DNA of 64,000 bases from Candidatus Omnitrophota bacterium (GTDB lineage: Bacteria; Omnitrophota; Gorgyraeia; Pluralincolimonadales; Pluralincolimonadaceae), in assembly GCA_041653595.1 (NCBI GenBank), contig JBAZFB010000006.1, positions 17,503-81,502 on the forward strand, in the 5' to 3' direction. Shown piece by piece: positions 9,115-18,447 of this stretch (position 1 is the stretch's first letter; each line of letters starts with the position of its first letter). The position numbers and the translations under genes were made by a program. Below the pieces are notes generated by a model. That model saw nothing but the letters and a program-made list of their open reading frames with translations. It was not told the origin of the DNA and did no database searches.

Positions 9115-10364
9115 TTAATACTTTCCCGAATTGCCTCATCGTATATCTGCATTAACGAAAGGTAGTGTTTATCTGCATTAAATTCCTGCTCGATAAACTT
9201 TCTCGCTTTTCTGCCCATGGCGGTAGCACTTGCGGCATTACTTGATAAATACTCTATTTTTTTACCGAGGTCTTCTGAATTGCCTGCTTCCGCCGTAAGT
9301 CCAGTTTCGCCATCCATTACCAACTCCGGAATCCCCCCTATGCGCGAAGCTATAACCGGCTTTCCGAGGGCAAAGCTCTCAAGCACGGATAAAGGATTAT
9401 TCTCATACCACTGCGATGGAAGTACCGTGCAGATCGATCTTTTTATTACGGAGTGAAGGTCGGCGCCTTTTAAATGCCCGAAAAACCTGATATTTTTTAT
9501 TCCGTCCAGAAACGCCTCCTTTTCAAGCGTTTCTTTTAACGGTCCATCTCCCACAATATTAACAACTATATTTGGAAGTTTCTTTATAGCCTTAAGTAGC
9601 GTTAGAACTCCTTTTTCTTCGGAGAGCCTTCCGAAGTAAGTAATTTCATTTTCCTTATGATCAAAATCAGGCTGGTATCCATTGGCCGAGATAAAATTCG
9701 GGAGATATACTATTTTACCGCGAAATCCCATTTCATTCATTTTTGTTTTTAGAAATCTGCTCGGGGAGATGAAAACATTTACATCGTCATAGATATGCAT
9801 TACCGTGTGATGAAGGTACATCTCCAGAGTATTGAGAAGGCTCTTAGAAAAAGATCCTTTCACGCATTTTTTTAATGCGCACTGATAGTATGCTCCATTT
9901 TTACAACTATCACAGATATTGTCCCGATTCAGCAGCCTGTACGATGCGCAGACAAGCTTATAGTCATGTAACGTCATGACTATCGGCACCCCGTGTTTTT
10001 TCAATACTCGGATTATGGAAGGCGATATCTGATGGTGTATGTTATGCAAATGCGCAATGTCAGGCTTTTCGGTCTTCAATAAACTGTTGATTTTAGAACT
10101 GGCTTCCCAGGAATAGAGAAGCTTCAGGCCATTAATGGCTTTGGCGCGCCATCCATTTTTGTTATAATCAACATTCGAGACGAAGTACTTACTATTATCC
10201 GATTCAAGATCAAAAGGGTGATGCATAGAGAAATCAAGCACCCTGTGCCCATTAGCCTTTAATAGCTCTCTGGTGGCAAAAAATACTTTTTCCGACCCGC
10301 CTTTTTCATAAAAATATTTATTAACTACCAGAATTTTCATTCGATTCTCGATTAGCGCCGCCAA
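9111..10364 (-). CDS. glycosyltransferase family 4
   Basis: 417 aa. MKILVVNKYFYEKGGSEKV N-terminus. C-terminal motif ENNPLSVLESFALGKPVIASRIGGIPE. The true start is probably the second Met (about 10340). Confidence 0.7.
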   Translation of the reverse strand: MAALIENRMKILVVNKYFYEKGGSEKVFFATRELLKANGHRVLDFSMHHPFDLESDNSKYFVSNVDYNKNGWRAKAINGLKLLYSWEASSKINSLLKTEKPDIAHLHNIHHQISPSIIRVLKKHGVPIVMTLHDYKLVCASYRLLNRDNICDSCKNGAYYQCALKKCVKGSFSKSLLNTLEMYLHHTVMHIYDDVNVFISPSRFLKTKMNEMGFRGKIVYLPNFISANGYQPDFDHKENEITYFGRLSEEKGVLTLLKAIKKLPNIVVNIVGDGPLKETLEKEAFLDGIKNIRFFGHLKGADLHSVIKRSICTVLPSQWYENNPLSVLESFALGKPVIASRIGGIPELVMDGETGLTAEAGNSEDLGKKIEYLSSNAASATAMGRKARKFIEQEFNADKHYLSLMQIYDEAIRESIK

Positions 10365-11823
10365 CCTTCAAATCGTGCTCTCCGCTGCCCTGTTTTACAA
10401 ATGACCATAGTATGCCGAGGCTTCCGAAATAGAAATACGTCCATAATGACGTTTCGTAAAATGTAGCTTTTAGGGACTCTATAAGACTTTCTGTAAACAC
10501 AAGAAACGCACCAAAAGCAAAAATACTGACAATTTGGCTTGTTTTGAGATGGAAACTCTCTCGAAGAATCTTAAAGAATCCAAATATTACCGAAATATAC
10601 AACAATATACCGAAAAAACCCGTTTCGGCCATAACGTGTGGCCAGAATGTATCATTTATAAAACTTGGAGAATCTGGCGTGAACCCCCATATATTGCTCA
10701 ATCCGTACTTGTAATAAAGAGGGCTGTAGTCTGCCCTGTTAATTCCGCTGCCAAAAGTTCCAAAACCGGATCCGAGCGGGAAATTATCAACGGCGATCTT
10801 AACTCCGGTCTTAAACAGGATGCTCCTAGGGGTCTCGCCTGCCGTAATATAATTTTTGTATAGATCCTTGTAAATCGTCATAACAAAACCGGAAAATAAC
10901 AACAATATGATAAGAAGTATTGCTATCGCATTTTTCTTTGCGATTTTTTTAGCGCTAACTTGAGCAGGCCATTTCGAAATAGCCATCAATGTAACCAAAA
11001 CAAATCCAAAAAGAGAGGTCCGGCGAAATGAGAATATAATGCCGACCATAAATACCGCTATGAGTATTGCGTATTTTCTTTTCCCCGTCACCAAAAATGC
11101 CGCCATACTATAACATCCGAGTATTGCCATAAAAGCGCCGAAAGCGCCGGGGTGACCAAACACAGATTGCATTGCAGCAAACCCGAAGCTTGTCGTATTG
11201 GGTAAATACCCCAGTTTTACTAAAAAAGCGTTGGGCCAGATAACAGCTAATACGCCATAAAGCATAACGATGAAACCAACAATCAGAAATCCTTTCATGT
11301 AGTATTTCAGGTGCTTCTCTTTGAAATCGGAATAAGCGAATATGTAGAACAAGAGGAAACCTTTAACAAACAATACGGCGCCGCCTATTGTCGTTTGAAA
11401 CGACACTATCCTATTGGTAATACTGCTCGCGAATCCTAAAAGAATAAGCGCAATAACTGGCATATCAATAGGGGAACCGAAAAATTTTTCTTTCCTTGCG
11501 AGTCTCCTTATAACCATAAGTGTGAACAAAACTATTATGGCAGCTTCGTCCAGATTCTGTATTATCTTAAGGCGAAATACATGCAGCATATACGACTGCA
11601 TAACCAGGAAAAAGCCAAAAAGGAAAATAGCGACCTGCGGCGTGCATAGCGCTAGAACTAGGCCGAATAAGCACAGAAAAAAGAAGGCGGCAATAAACAC
11701 GTCTACGGAAATAATAAACGACAATAGTAGCGTAACAATAATAAGAGCCGTAGCTACTATTAGAAGGAATGGACCGTTATTGAGTTTTTCTCTATCAGGC
11801 ATGGGACACGAAATGGTTATCAA
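10321..11823 (-). CDS. O-antigen ligase/Wzy-like polymerase family membrane protein (PEP-CTERM locus type)
   Basis: 500 aa with about 10-12 TM helices and a large periplasmic loop. Position between GT genes and the flippase. Confidence 0.6.
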   Translation of the reverse strand: MITISCPMPDREKLNNGPFLLIVATALIIVTLLLSFIISVDVFIAAFFFLCLFGLVLALCTPQVAIFLFGFFLVMQSYMLHVFRLKIIQNLDEAAIIVLFTLMVIRRLARKEKFFGSPIDMPVIALILLGFASSITNRIVSFQTTIGGAVLFVKGFLLFYIFAYSDFKEKHLKYYMKGFLIVGFIVMLYGVLAVIWPNAFLVKLGYLPNTTSFGFAAMQSVFGHPGAFGAFMAILGCYSMAAFLVTGKRKYAILIAVFMVGIIFSFRRTSLFGFVLVTLMAISKWPAQVSAKKIAKKNAIAILLIILLLFSGFVMTIYKDLYKNYITAGETPRSILFKTGVKIAVDNFPLGSGFGTFGSGINRADYSPLYYKYGLSNIWGFTPDSPSFINDTFWPHVMAETGFFGILLYISVIFGFFKILRESFHLKTSQIVSIFAFGAFLVFTESLIESLKATFYETSLWTYFYFGSLGILWSFVKQGSGEHDLKVGGANRESNENSGS

Positions 11824-13051
11824 CCTTATTTTTTATATAAATCATTGACACCGCCGAATTCAATATGAAAGTTATGGTTATCGAAATCGCGGCGCCCCAT
11901 ATTCCGTACGAGGGAACCAGCATAAAAAGAAGTATCAGGGCAATCACAAACTTCGACGCCTCTAGCATAAATCTTTGCTTCATCATGCCCAGCGCAAAGA
12001 ATAATGCTGAAAACGGCATATAAACTATCGAAAATAGGTATCCTAAAAGCAATATCCTCATGATCGATCCAGCCGATTCGTAGTCAGGCCCATAAAGCAC
12101 CCTTATAATACTATGCGCGAATATAATTAAAATAACAACAAGAATATTGATTGCGCTGCTTATTATAAATGATTCCTTTATGAATCTAGCATAGGTGGCC
12201 CTTGATTCAAGCGCCTTGCAGCCTTTGGGTAAAAATACGTTCGAAAGCGAACCCGTCATTACCGATATAACCAAAATAAACTGCTGAGCCGAAAAATATA
12301 TACCTACGGATTCAAACTTTACATATCTAGGCAGGAAGAAAAGATCCAGTCGTGTAAAAAGATATCCCAGTGTCATCGTTCCAAATATCCACTTGCCAAA
12401 AGCAAATGACGAATTTAATATTTTTGTATCCAGAGGTAGAAGGTTCCGGATCTTGCGTTTAAATATAAGATAAATGCTTACAGTTCCTATCGCAAGAGAA
12501 ACCGAGGCGTACATTGCTATCGCCATGTTAAACGATGGGCGCATGCCGAATACAACGCTGAGTATTAACATTAAAAATATCGTTACTGTATAAAATGAAT
12601 AGAAAAACGAAAACATCGTAAAGTGCTCTCTCTCCTGGTAGATACTGGCTATGGTCATCAAAAATGACTGAAAAACACCGGATATAACGGCAAGCGTTAT
12701 GACCCATTCGATGCCCGGCTTCTGGAAACAGTATTTTGCCAGAAGAATAGATAGCGGATATGAAATGACTATCGCGATGACCGAATAAATTATCTTCATT
12801 ATCACGGCCATCTTAAAATATTCCCGTTTTTCGTCATCGCTTTCGGCAATAGCAGCGTTGCGAATGAACGTTGCGTCAAATGCCTGAGGGAACAGCCACG
12901 TTAGCACCATAACCGTAAAGAATATTGAAAACTTTCCAAAATCGGCCGGGCCCAGGATGCGGGCAACTATTATCGAATTTAAAAACGATACGCCCCTGGA
13001 GAAACCGGTACCGAAAAGTACTGTAATGTAATCTTTTATTGTCTTTTTCAT
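11795..13051 (-). CDS. Wzx-type oligosaccharide flippase (MOP superfamily)
   Basis: 418 aa with about 12 TM helices. N-terminus ITVLFGTGFSRGVSFLNSIIVARILGPADFGKFS is typical of the polysaccharide biosynthesis protein family. Confidence 0.7.
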   Translation of the reverse strand: MKKTIKDYITVLFGTGFSRGVSFLNSIIVARILGPADFGKFSIFFTVMVLTWLFPQAFDATFIRNAAIAESDDEKREYFKMAVIMKIIYSVIAIVISYPLSILLAKYCFQKPGIEWVITLAVISGVFQSFLMTIASIYQEREHFTMFSFFYSFYTVTIFLMLILSVVFGMRPSFNMAIAMYASVSLAIGTVSIYLIFKRKIRNLLPLDTKILNSSFAFGKWIFGTMTLGYLFTRLDLFFLPRYVKFESVGIYFSAQQFILVISVMTGSLSNVFLPKGCKALESRATYARFIKESFIISSAINILVVILIIFAHSIIRVLYGPDYESAGSIMRILLLGYLFSIVYMPFSALFFALGMMKQRFMLEASKFVIALILLFMLVPSYGIWGAAISITITFILNSAVSMIYIKNKVDNHFVSHA

Positions 13052-13061
13052 AGTGTTATGA

Positions 13062-14051
13062 TCATTTTACTGCAATTGCATCCTTTGGATATTTATCAAT
13101 AGCAGGTATTTTTCTAAAAACGCCGCCTATAAGACATAGCGATATGACGCTTATATTTATAAGACTTAGCACGGCTTGATGAACGCTCCCCTTCTTTATG
13201 CTTATACCTATGAATAAAAGACAGGCTAAAACCGTAAAAACAATGCGGGAATTTCCGCTGTTAATGAAAATACCTGTCGTTATACATACCGCCAGTATTG
13301 TGTAGACAATATACGGCATAAACCTGTCCCAAATAACCCCGAATTCTCCGTTATATAAAACCCAGGAAAACGTATCACCCATACCTTGCCATAAATTGTT
13401 TCTAATACGACGAGTCGTTTCTTTAAATGTTTTTCTTGGAATAGAATAATGATATATGGAATCGTACGGAAGATAATATAACTTGTATCCCAGCTTTTTT
13501 AGGCGCCACGACAATTCCGCCTCTTCCTCTGCCCTTAAGAACGGGTGGAATCCTCCGGCTTCCACAAGATATTTTCTGCGAAAAACAGCGGACTGAAATA
13601 CATAACTTACCTGCCTTTCATATTTAAGCCCTTTGCCATCTCTGGAAACGTGCGGCTCGGAACGCTCACCATCGGCTGTTACATAGATGTCATATTGCTT
13701 ACCCATTACTGCCGCAACATCATTATTAGCTTCAAGAAAACCTATGGCCTCCTCTGCCCATCCATTTACCAGCTCCATATCCCCATCCATAAATAACAGG
13801 TATTCTCCGCAAGCATAATTTGTTCCTGTAAAACGCGCCGCAGAAGGGGACAATTTCCACGAAGGCCTCATTCCAATAATCCTGATCGGGTAACTCTTCG
13901 CAATATCTACTGTATCGTCACTTGAGTATGAGTCTATAAGAATTATTTCGGATTTATCAATATTTTTTATCGTTTGCATAACGGATCCGATACAGCGGCC
14001 TATGTTCTTTCCCTCGTTCCTGGCTATTATTATGCAGCTTAGCTGCGACAC
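13062..14051 (-). CDS. glycosyltransferase family 2 with C-terminal TM helices
   Basis: CIIIARNEGKNIGRCIGSV...LIDSYSSDDT...FMDGDMEL: a GT-A fold with DxD. Confidence 0.75.
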   Translation of the reverse strand: MSQLSCIIIARNEGKNIGRCIGSVMQTIKNIDKSEIILIDSYSSDDTVDIAKSYPIRIIGMRPSWKLSPSAARFTGTNYACGEYLLFMDGDMELVNGWAEEAIGFLEANNDVAAVMGKQYDIYVTADGERSEPHVSRDGKGLKYERQVSYVFQSAVFRRKYLVEAGGFHPFLRAEEEAELSWRLKKLGYKLYYLPYDSIYHYSIPRKTFKETTRRIRNNLWQGMGDTFSWVLYNGEFGVIWDRFMPYIVYTILAVCITTGIFINSGNSRIVFTVLACLLFIGISIKKGSVHQAVLSLINISVISLCLIGGVFRKIPAIDKYPKDAIAVK

Positions 14052-15472
14052 TTTCCCGCCCCTTCCGATTTGCGATTATTTTTTACCGTGATTCCGTGGC
14101 GCGAGATGTCTATGTTGGTAATTTTGCATATCAACTTACGTATATATCTGCGGATAAACATGGAAACGCTTATCACGGCGTAAGTTAGGCTAAGGAACGG
14201 ATCCTCCCATGATAGTACGGCCTCTACTGCCTCTCTTGTTGCCAGAGACCTGATCTGGGTAAAAAAAGGCAAATGATATATGGATTTTTTATCCAGGCTG
14301 TACGCTGCCAGATATTCTAACTCGCCCTTTATATAAAACCATTTTGTTTTTAACTTATTAGCCTTATACTCTCCAATACTGAGTCCGGAATATTCCTGAT
14401 ATTGCATGGCTACAAAATTCATGCCACGAAAAGCCGCAAGTGACATCCAGTGATTGGAGCGCGGATTAAGCTCAAGGAATTTATAGGCGCCGTCCCTTGC
14501 GTCGTATTTAAACTCCGTCTCTCCTATGCCTTTATAGCCTATCGCGCTGACATATGATTTGGTGTACGACTCTATTTCGGGACAATCAATCTTTTCTCCG
14601 AAGGTACATATGCCAAAATCTGCCGGAAATTGCCTGATCTTCTTCGAGGAGAATAAGCGCATGCTGCCCGATTTATCCGAATAGAACTTACACTCAAATA
14701 AAGTTTCACATAGTCCCGGTATCTCTTCCTGGATTATTACCTCAAGCCCTCTACTTAGAACATCTTTAGCCCTGCAAATCAACTCTTCCTGATCGTGGCA
14801 TACAAGCGCCTTGACATATTCATATACATGCATAAACTCATGAATCTTGCTGATCTTTCCACCTTCCATATTAAACCTGGCAATAGGTTTAATTATAACC
14901 GGGAACCGCAGCTTACCCTCCCACGAATCAATATCCGCGATATCCTTCAGAGATAAAGTGCGCGGGACAGGAATCCCGAGGTCCCTAGCTTTCAGATACA
15001 TTTGCCATTTGTCAAATCCCCAGAATAAAGCATCTTTTTCCAGATATGGATACTGATAATATTCCTCAAGCACTTTCTTATTGCTCGATATAAGAAAAAC
15101 GGAAATGTCATCGCATGGAAATAATACGGCTTTTTTAACTTTTTTACCGAGATCAACCAAAAATGATACGAAATGTTCGGGTTCCCTGGCCGGGTCGGGA
15201 CAGCGGCGAGCTTGAAACAGCCGCGATGACGACATGAAACTGTGTCGATGGTTCAGTCCAATTATGGGAACGCTTCTATCCGCCATATAAATACTGCGTA
15301 CCGCGCCGTAACCACATACTGTTTCATATGGATATACTAAAGCCGGGACATTATTTACTTGTTTTTGCAACTCTCTCTCCCGAATGATCGTAGAACCAGA
15401 ACCATAATATCCTAATATTATTGACGTAGCCGCGGTCCTGCGCGCCAAGTTTCTTCGCCATGCTTTTGGCAA
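14039..15472 (-). CDS. ATP-grasp domain protein (carboxylate-amine ligase type)
   Basis: FPVIIKPIARFNMEGG, EEIPG and GIGETEFKYDARDGAYKFLELNPR match ATP-grasp signatures. The annotated start overlaps the upstream gene by 120 nt, so an alternative start near 15286 (MADRS) is possible. Confidence 0.6.
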   Translation of the reverse strand: MPKAWRRNLARRTAATSIILGYYGSGSTIIRERELQKQVNNVPALVYPYETVCGYGAVRSIYMADRSVPIIGLNHRHSFMSSSRLFQARRCPDPAREPEHFVSFLVDLGKKVKKAVLFPCDDISVFLISSNKKVLEEYYQYPYLEKDALFWGFDKWQMYLKARDLGIPVPRTLSLKDIADIDSWEGKLRFPVIIKPIARFNMEGGKISKIHEFMHVYEYVKALVCHDQEELICRAKDVLSRGLEVIIQEEIPGLCETLFECKFYSDKSGSMRLFSSKKIRQFPADFGICTFGEKIDCPEIESYTKSYVSAIGYKGIGETEFKYDARDGAYKFLELNPRSNHWMSLAAFRGMNFVAMQYQEYSGLSIGEYKANKLKTKWFYIKGELEYLAAYSLDKKSIYHLPFFTQIRSLATREAVEAVLSWEDPFLSLTYAVISVSMFIRRYIRKLICKITNIDISRHGITVKNNRKSEGAGKCRS

Positions 15473-16019
15473 ATCTGTTATCGGTCTTAACGTACCATCT
15501 CACTCCCTTATACCCCCTATCGCACAGAACAGCAAAGCCCGATAGGTAGGAATTCATTGTTATACTTCTCTTCACGATAAAGTCCCTGTCTATAAGCAGG
15601 CCATAAAGATACGGGACTTCATTAAGCATATCGCCTCGGGCGATTTTTGGATAGATGTGATCTCTGGAATTATCACTGCACCATGAAATAGCCACCAATT
15701 TACCTGATAAGAGCATGGCAAAACATAGCTGTTTCTCTTTAAATCTTATTTTCACGTCGTCAATAAGCAGCCTGTCCCAGAAAGCCTCTGTCCTTATGAG
15801 CTCAACTAATTCATCATAGCTTCCTATAATCACGAATTTCTGATCTGCTGGAAGGATAACTTGCGATACGGGAGATTTAAAATCCTTGAAGTAATAAGTG
15901 GACTTGCTGAAAGAAACCGGAGGAAAAAGAAACCAGAAGAACGCCTTGATATTTTTAGTGACCGCGGCAATCAGTGGATATCTCTTCCTTAGGCTGTTAT
16001 TTATTTGAAAGCTTATCAT
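15351..16019 (-). CDS. putative acyltransferase (GNAT/FemAB-like fold)
   Basis: 222 aa. A weak GNAT-like motif around RFAKSMAKKLGA. First gene after a stem-loop and an A/T-rich upstream region. Confidence 0.35.
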   Translation of the reverse strand: MISFQINNSLRKRYPLIAAVTKNIKAFFWFLFPPVSFSKSTYYFKDFKSPVSQVILPADQKFVIIGSYDELVELIRTEAFWDRLLIDDVKIRFKEKQLCFAMLLSGKLVAISWCSDNSRDHIYPKIARGDMLNEVPYLYGLLIDRDFIVKRSITMNSYLSGFAVLCDRGYKGVRWYVKTDNRFAKSMAKKLGAQDRGYVNNIRILWFWFYDHSGERVAKTSK

Positions 16020-16103
16020 AAATCATTTTGGGTATAACATACCTTTTATTGTTAATAATTGCATCAATAACGCTATGACGGTATCCGCATATTCTGTAGT
16101 CAT

Positions 16104-16143
16104 GGGACGTCCCCCGTCAGAAGCGGGCATTGGGGGACATCCT
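16104..16143 (-). other. stem-loop between BY-kinase-like gene and downstream cassette
   Basis: GGACGTCCCCC-(16 nt)-GGGGGACATCC, an 11-bp stem with one G-T pair. No U-tract follows, so it is not a classic terminator. Confidence 0.35.
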
Positions 16144-16150
16144 ATGCGCT

Positions 16151-17731
16151 CTACACCCTCTCGTATATGGCCTTCGGAATGGCGAAGGTGCGGCTGCCCA
16201 AGATTGCTCCGAGGAAAACGACTTTCCTCTTAGAGATTGCTTCAAGCGCTTCGCTCCCTCGCAATGACTCTACGGCCTTCTGCGCGGCCTGGCGGCGGGT
16301 GCGGCCTTCCTCGACTATGAACACCACGCTGTCGACGTGCTGGCTTAATACGATGGCATCCTTCGCTTCCCTAAGGTTTGCGCAATCCACAAATACCACC
16401 TCGTATTTTTCCTTGGCATGGTCTATGAGCACGCCCATTTTCTGGGATTCCAGCAGGGTGCCCGGGTTCATGTTTATTTTGCCGCTGGTCAGGACGGCGA
16501 GGTTTTCGGTAATGTTATTGACCGCCTCGTCAAATGAGACCTTTCCTTCGAGCACATCCACAAGGCCTTCTTTGTTGGCGATCTTAAAAGCTGTATGGAT
16601 GGCGGGTTTACGCAGATTGGCGTCAATGACAAGGACCTTCGGCCTGCATTTATTGGAGATGCTTTTCGCGATGTTCATTATGGCCATAGTGACCCCTTCT
16701 TTCGGATAAGCGGCGGCTATTATAACCGACTTTAACTTCCTGTCCTTCAATTCAAAGCAAAGTTGGTCCGATATATGCTCGTAATCGTTCGGCTTTGGTT
16801 TCTTCGGGATAGAGCCGAGGAAAGCCACATTCAACGTCCGCTCGATATCTTCCGGGCATTTGAATGTCTGGTCCATATAATCAAAACCAAACGCGAGCAT
16901 GACGCCGAGGAATATGCTCATAAAGAACGCTAGGATAAGCATAAGAACCTTTGGCAGGCCGGTCGGCTTTATCGGCGGTATCGCCTGCTCGATTACCTTT
17001 ACGCTTGCCGGGCCGATAGCCTCGATGTTTGGCAGCGTCTGGCCGTTTAAGCTCTTCTCCATCTGCGCTATACTGTCTCTAAGCTGCATGACCGCTAGGT
17101 TCTTCTCTCCGTATTTCATCTGCATCTCAGCTAACTGCTGTTCGAGGTCGAATATGACATACGAGCGGCTAATGATATTGGCAATAGCCGCGGCGATGCC
17201 CGGGTCGAAATCCTGGTAGGATATCGTAAAGAGGTTTGTGTCGCGGATCGGCTCAACATTGACGTTTTCTTTTAGCTCCTCGATGGCAAGGCGGAATAGG
17301 ATGCTTTGTTTCTGCTGTTCGGCCACCTTTGGGTCGGTGGTCTTCGCGGTTATCTCAGCGAGCTGCTTATTTAATAAGGCGACCTTCAAATCAATAATGG
17401 CTTTGCATGGCGGGCTGGCAAATTTCTTTTCGAAATCGAGCGGCTTGAGGCCGATTGCTTTAAGCGTGCGCTCGAGAACAGGCATTGACTTGACTATCTC
17501 GCTCTGGGTAAGGGCAACCTGTATGTTCTGCATACCGATGAGCGGGATGTAATATGGCGACTCTACTCCCTTCTGCGCAGTTACGGACATCTTGACCGTC
17601 GCCTGATACGTCGGTGTCTTTATCCACAACCCAAGTGCCATGACAGCCGTAACAGTGATGATGGCCATGATAATGACCCATTTCTGCCTGAAGATAACTT
17701 TCAGGTAATCTCTTAAAGTTAATTCGTCCAT
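16151..17731 (-). CDS. polysaccharide co-polymerase (Wzz domain) fused to BY-kinase-like P-loop domain, possibly catalytically degenerate
   Basis: N-terminal TM plus Wzz/periplasmic coiled-coil region plus second TM. C-terminal VLVIDANLRKP (Walker A') and VVFVDCANL (Walker B-like). The Walker A reads YPKEGVT with Val where Lys is expected. There is no C-terminal Tyr cluster. Confidence 0.7.
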   Translation of the reverse strand: MDELTLRDYLKVIFRQKWVIIMAIITVTAVMALGLWIKTPTYQATVKMSVTAQKGVESPYYIPLIGMQNIQVALTQSEIVKSMPVLERTLKAIGLKPLDFEKKFASPPCKAIIDLKVALLNKQLAEITAKTTDPKVAEQQKQSILFRLAIEELKENVNVEPIRDTNLFTISYQDFDPGIAAAIANIISRSYVIFDLEQQLAEMQMKYGEKNLAVMQLRDSIAQMEKSLNGQTLPNIEAIGPASVKVIEQAIPPIKPTGLPKVLMLILAFFMSIFLGVMLAFGFDYMDQTFKCPEDIERTLNVAFLGSIPKKPKPNDYEHISDQLCFELKDRKLKSVIIAAAYPKEGVTMAIMNIAKSISNKCRPKVLVIDANLRKPAIHTAFKIANKEGLVDVLEGKVSFDEAVNNITENLAVLTSGKINMNPGTLLESQKMGVLIDHAKEKYEVVFVDCANLREAKDAIVLSQHVDSVVFIVEEGRTRRQAAQKAVESLRGSEALEAISKRKVVFLGAILGSRTFAIPKAIYERV

Positions 17732-18447
17732 TAGAATACCCCCTCTTCGACCTGCACGATGTCGCCGGGTTCGAGGACGACGTCGTTAGCGAGGCCGTTC
17801 ATTATGAGTTTCATGTTGACCTTTATCATATCGTAACCCGCGCCTTTGACTTTAGGACGAAGGACCTTTACGCGGCTTGAGGAGCCGTATCTGGTGAAGC
17901 CGCCGGCGCTTGAGATCGCCTTGAGGACCGTCATATTATCCTCGAGCAGGTATGTGCCGGGCTTTAAGACCTCGCCATAGACATAAAATTTTTTGCTTTG
18001 GGATTGCTTGAGCGCTACCGAAACGACCGGGTATTTCAGGTAGCCGTCGGCGAGGCGACTCTGTATCTCATCCTGGATTTCAGCCGGCGTCTTGCCTTTT
18101 ACCTCCACCCTGCCGATATACGGGAACGTTATCGAGCCGTCCGGCGATACCGTTACCGTAAGCGCCATCTGCTCCGGCTGGAGGACGTTTATATCGAGGA
18201 TGTCGTCAACGCCGACTTTGTATTCTTTGGGGCGTGCGGGCTGAGGCGTTACTGCCTCAGCGATGGGGGCAGAGTTAACAAGAGATGGACCTGTCCCCTC
18301 CTGTGCAACGGGGATAGTCCCGGCGCGTGGAGTCGCCGCCTGCGGGATGGCTGCCTTCGGCTGGGCGAAATCTGACCGTTTTATCGTTTCGTCAGCGAAT
18401 GCCACGCTTGCGATAAACAAAAACACGAGTATTGCGTACCTCATCAC
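17731..18447 (-). CDS. polysaccharide export periplasmic protein (Wza/EpsE family, short form)
   Basis: Signal peptide. Poly_export motif PGDIL.I.V....L plus an SLBB-like region. ATGA overlap with the downstream gene. Confidence 0.8.
   Translation of the reverse strand: MMRYAILVFLFIASVAFADETIKRSDFAQPKAAIPQAATPRAGTIPVAQEGTGPSLVNSAPIAEAVTPQPARPKEYKVGVDDILDINVLQPEQMALTVTVSPDGSITFPYIGRVEVKGKTPAEIQDEIQSRLADGYLKYPVVSVALKQSQSKKFYVYGEVLKPGTYLLEDNMTVLKAISSAGGFTRYGSSSRVKVLRPKVKGAGYDMIKVNMKLIMNGLANDVVLEPGDIVQVEEGVF

Noticed and set aside
16104-16143. Stem-loop after the BY-kinase-like gene as an intrinsic terminator
   Set aside because: No U-rich tract follows on the minus strand (ATGACTACAG). It is retained only as an RNA structure of unknown role.
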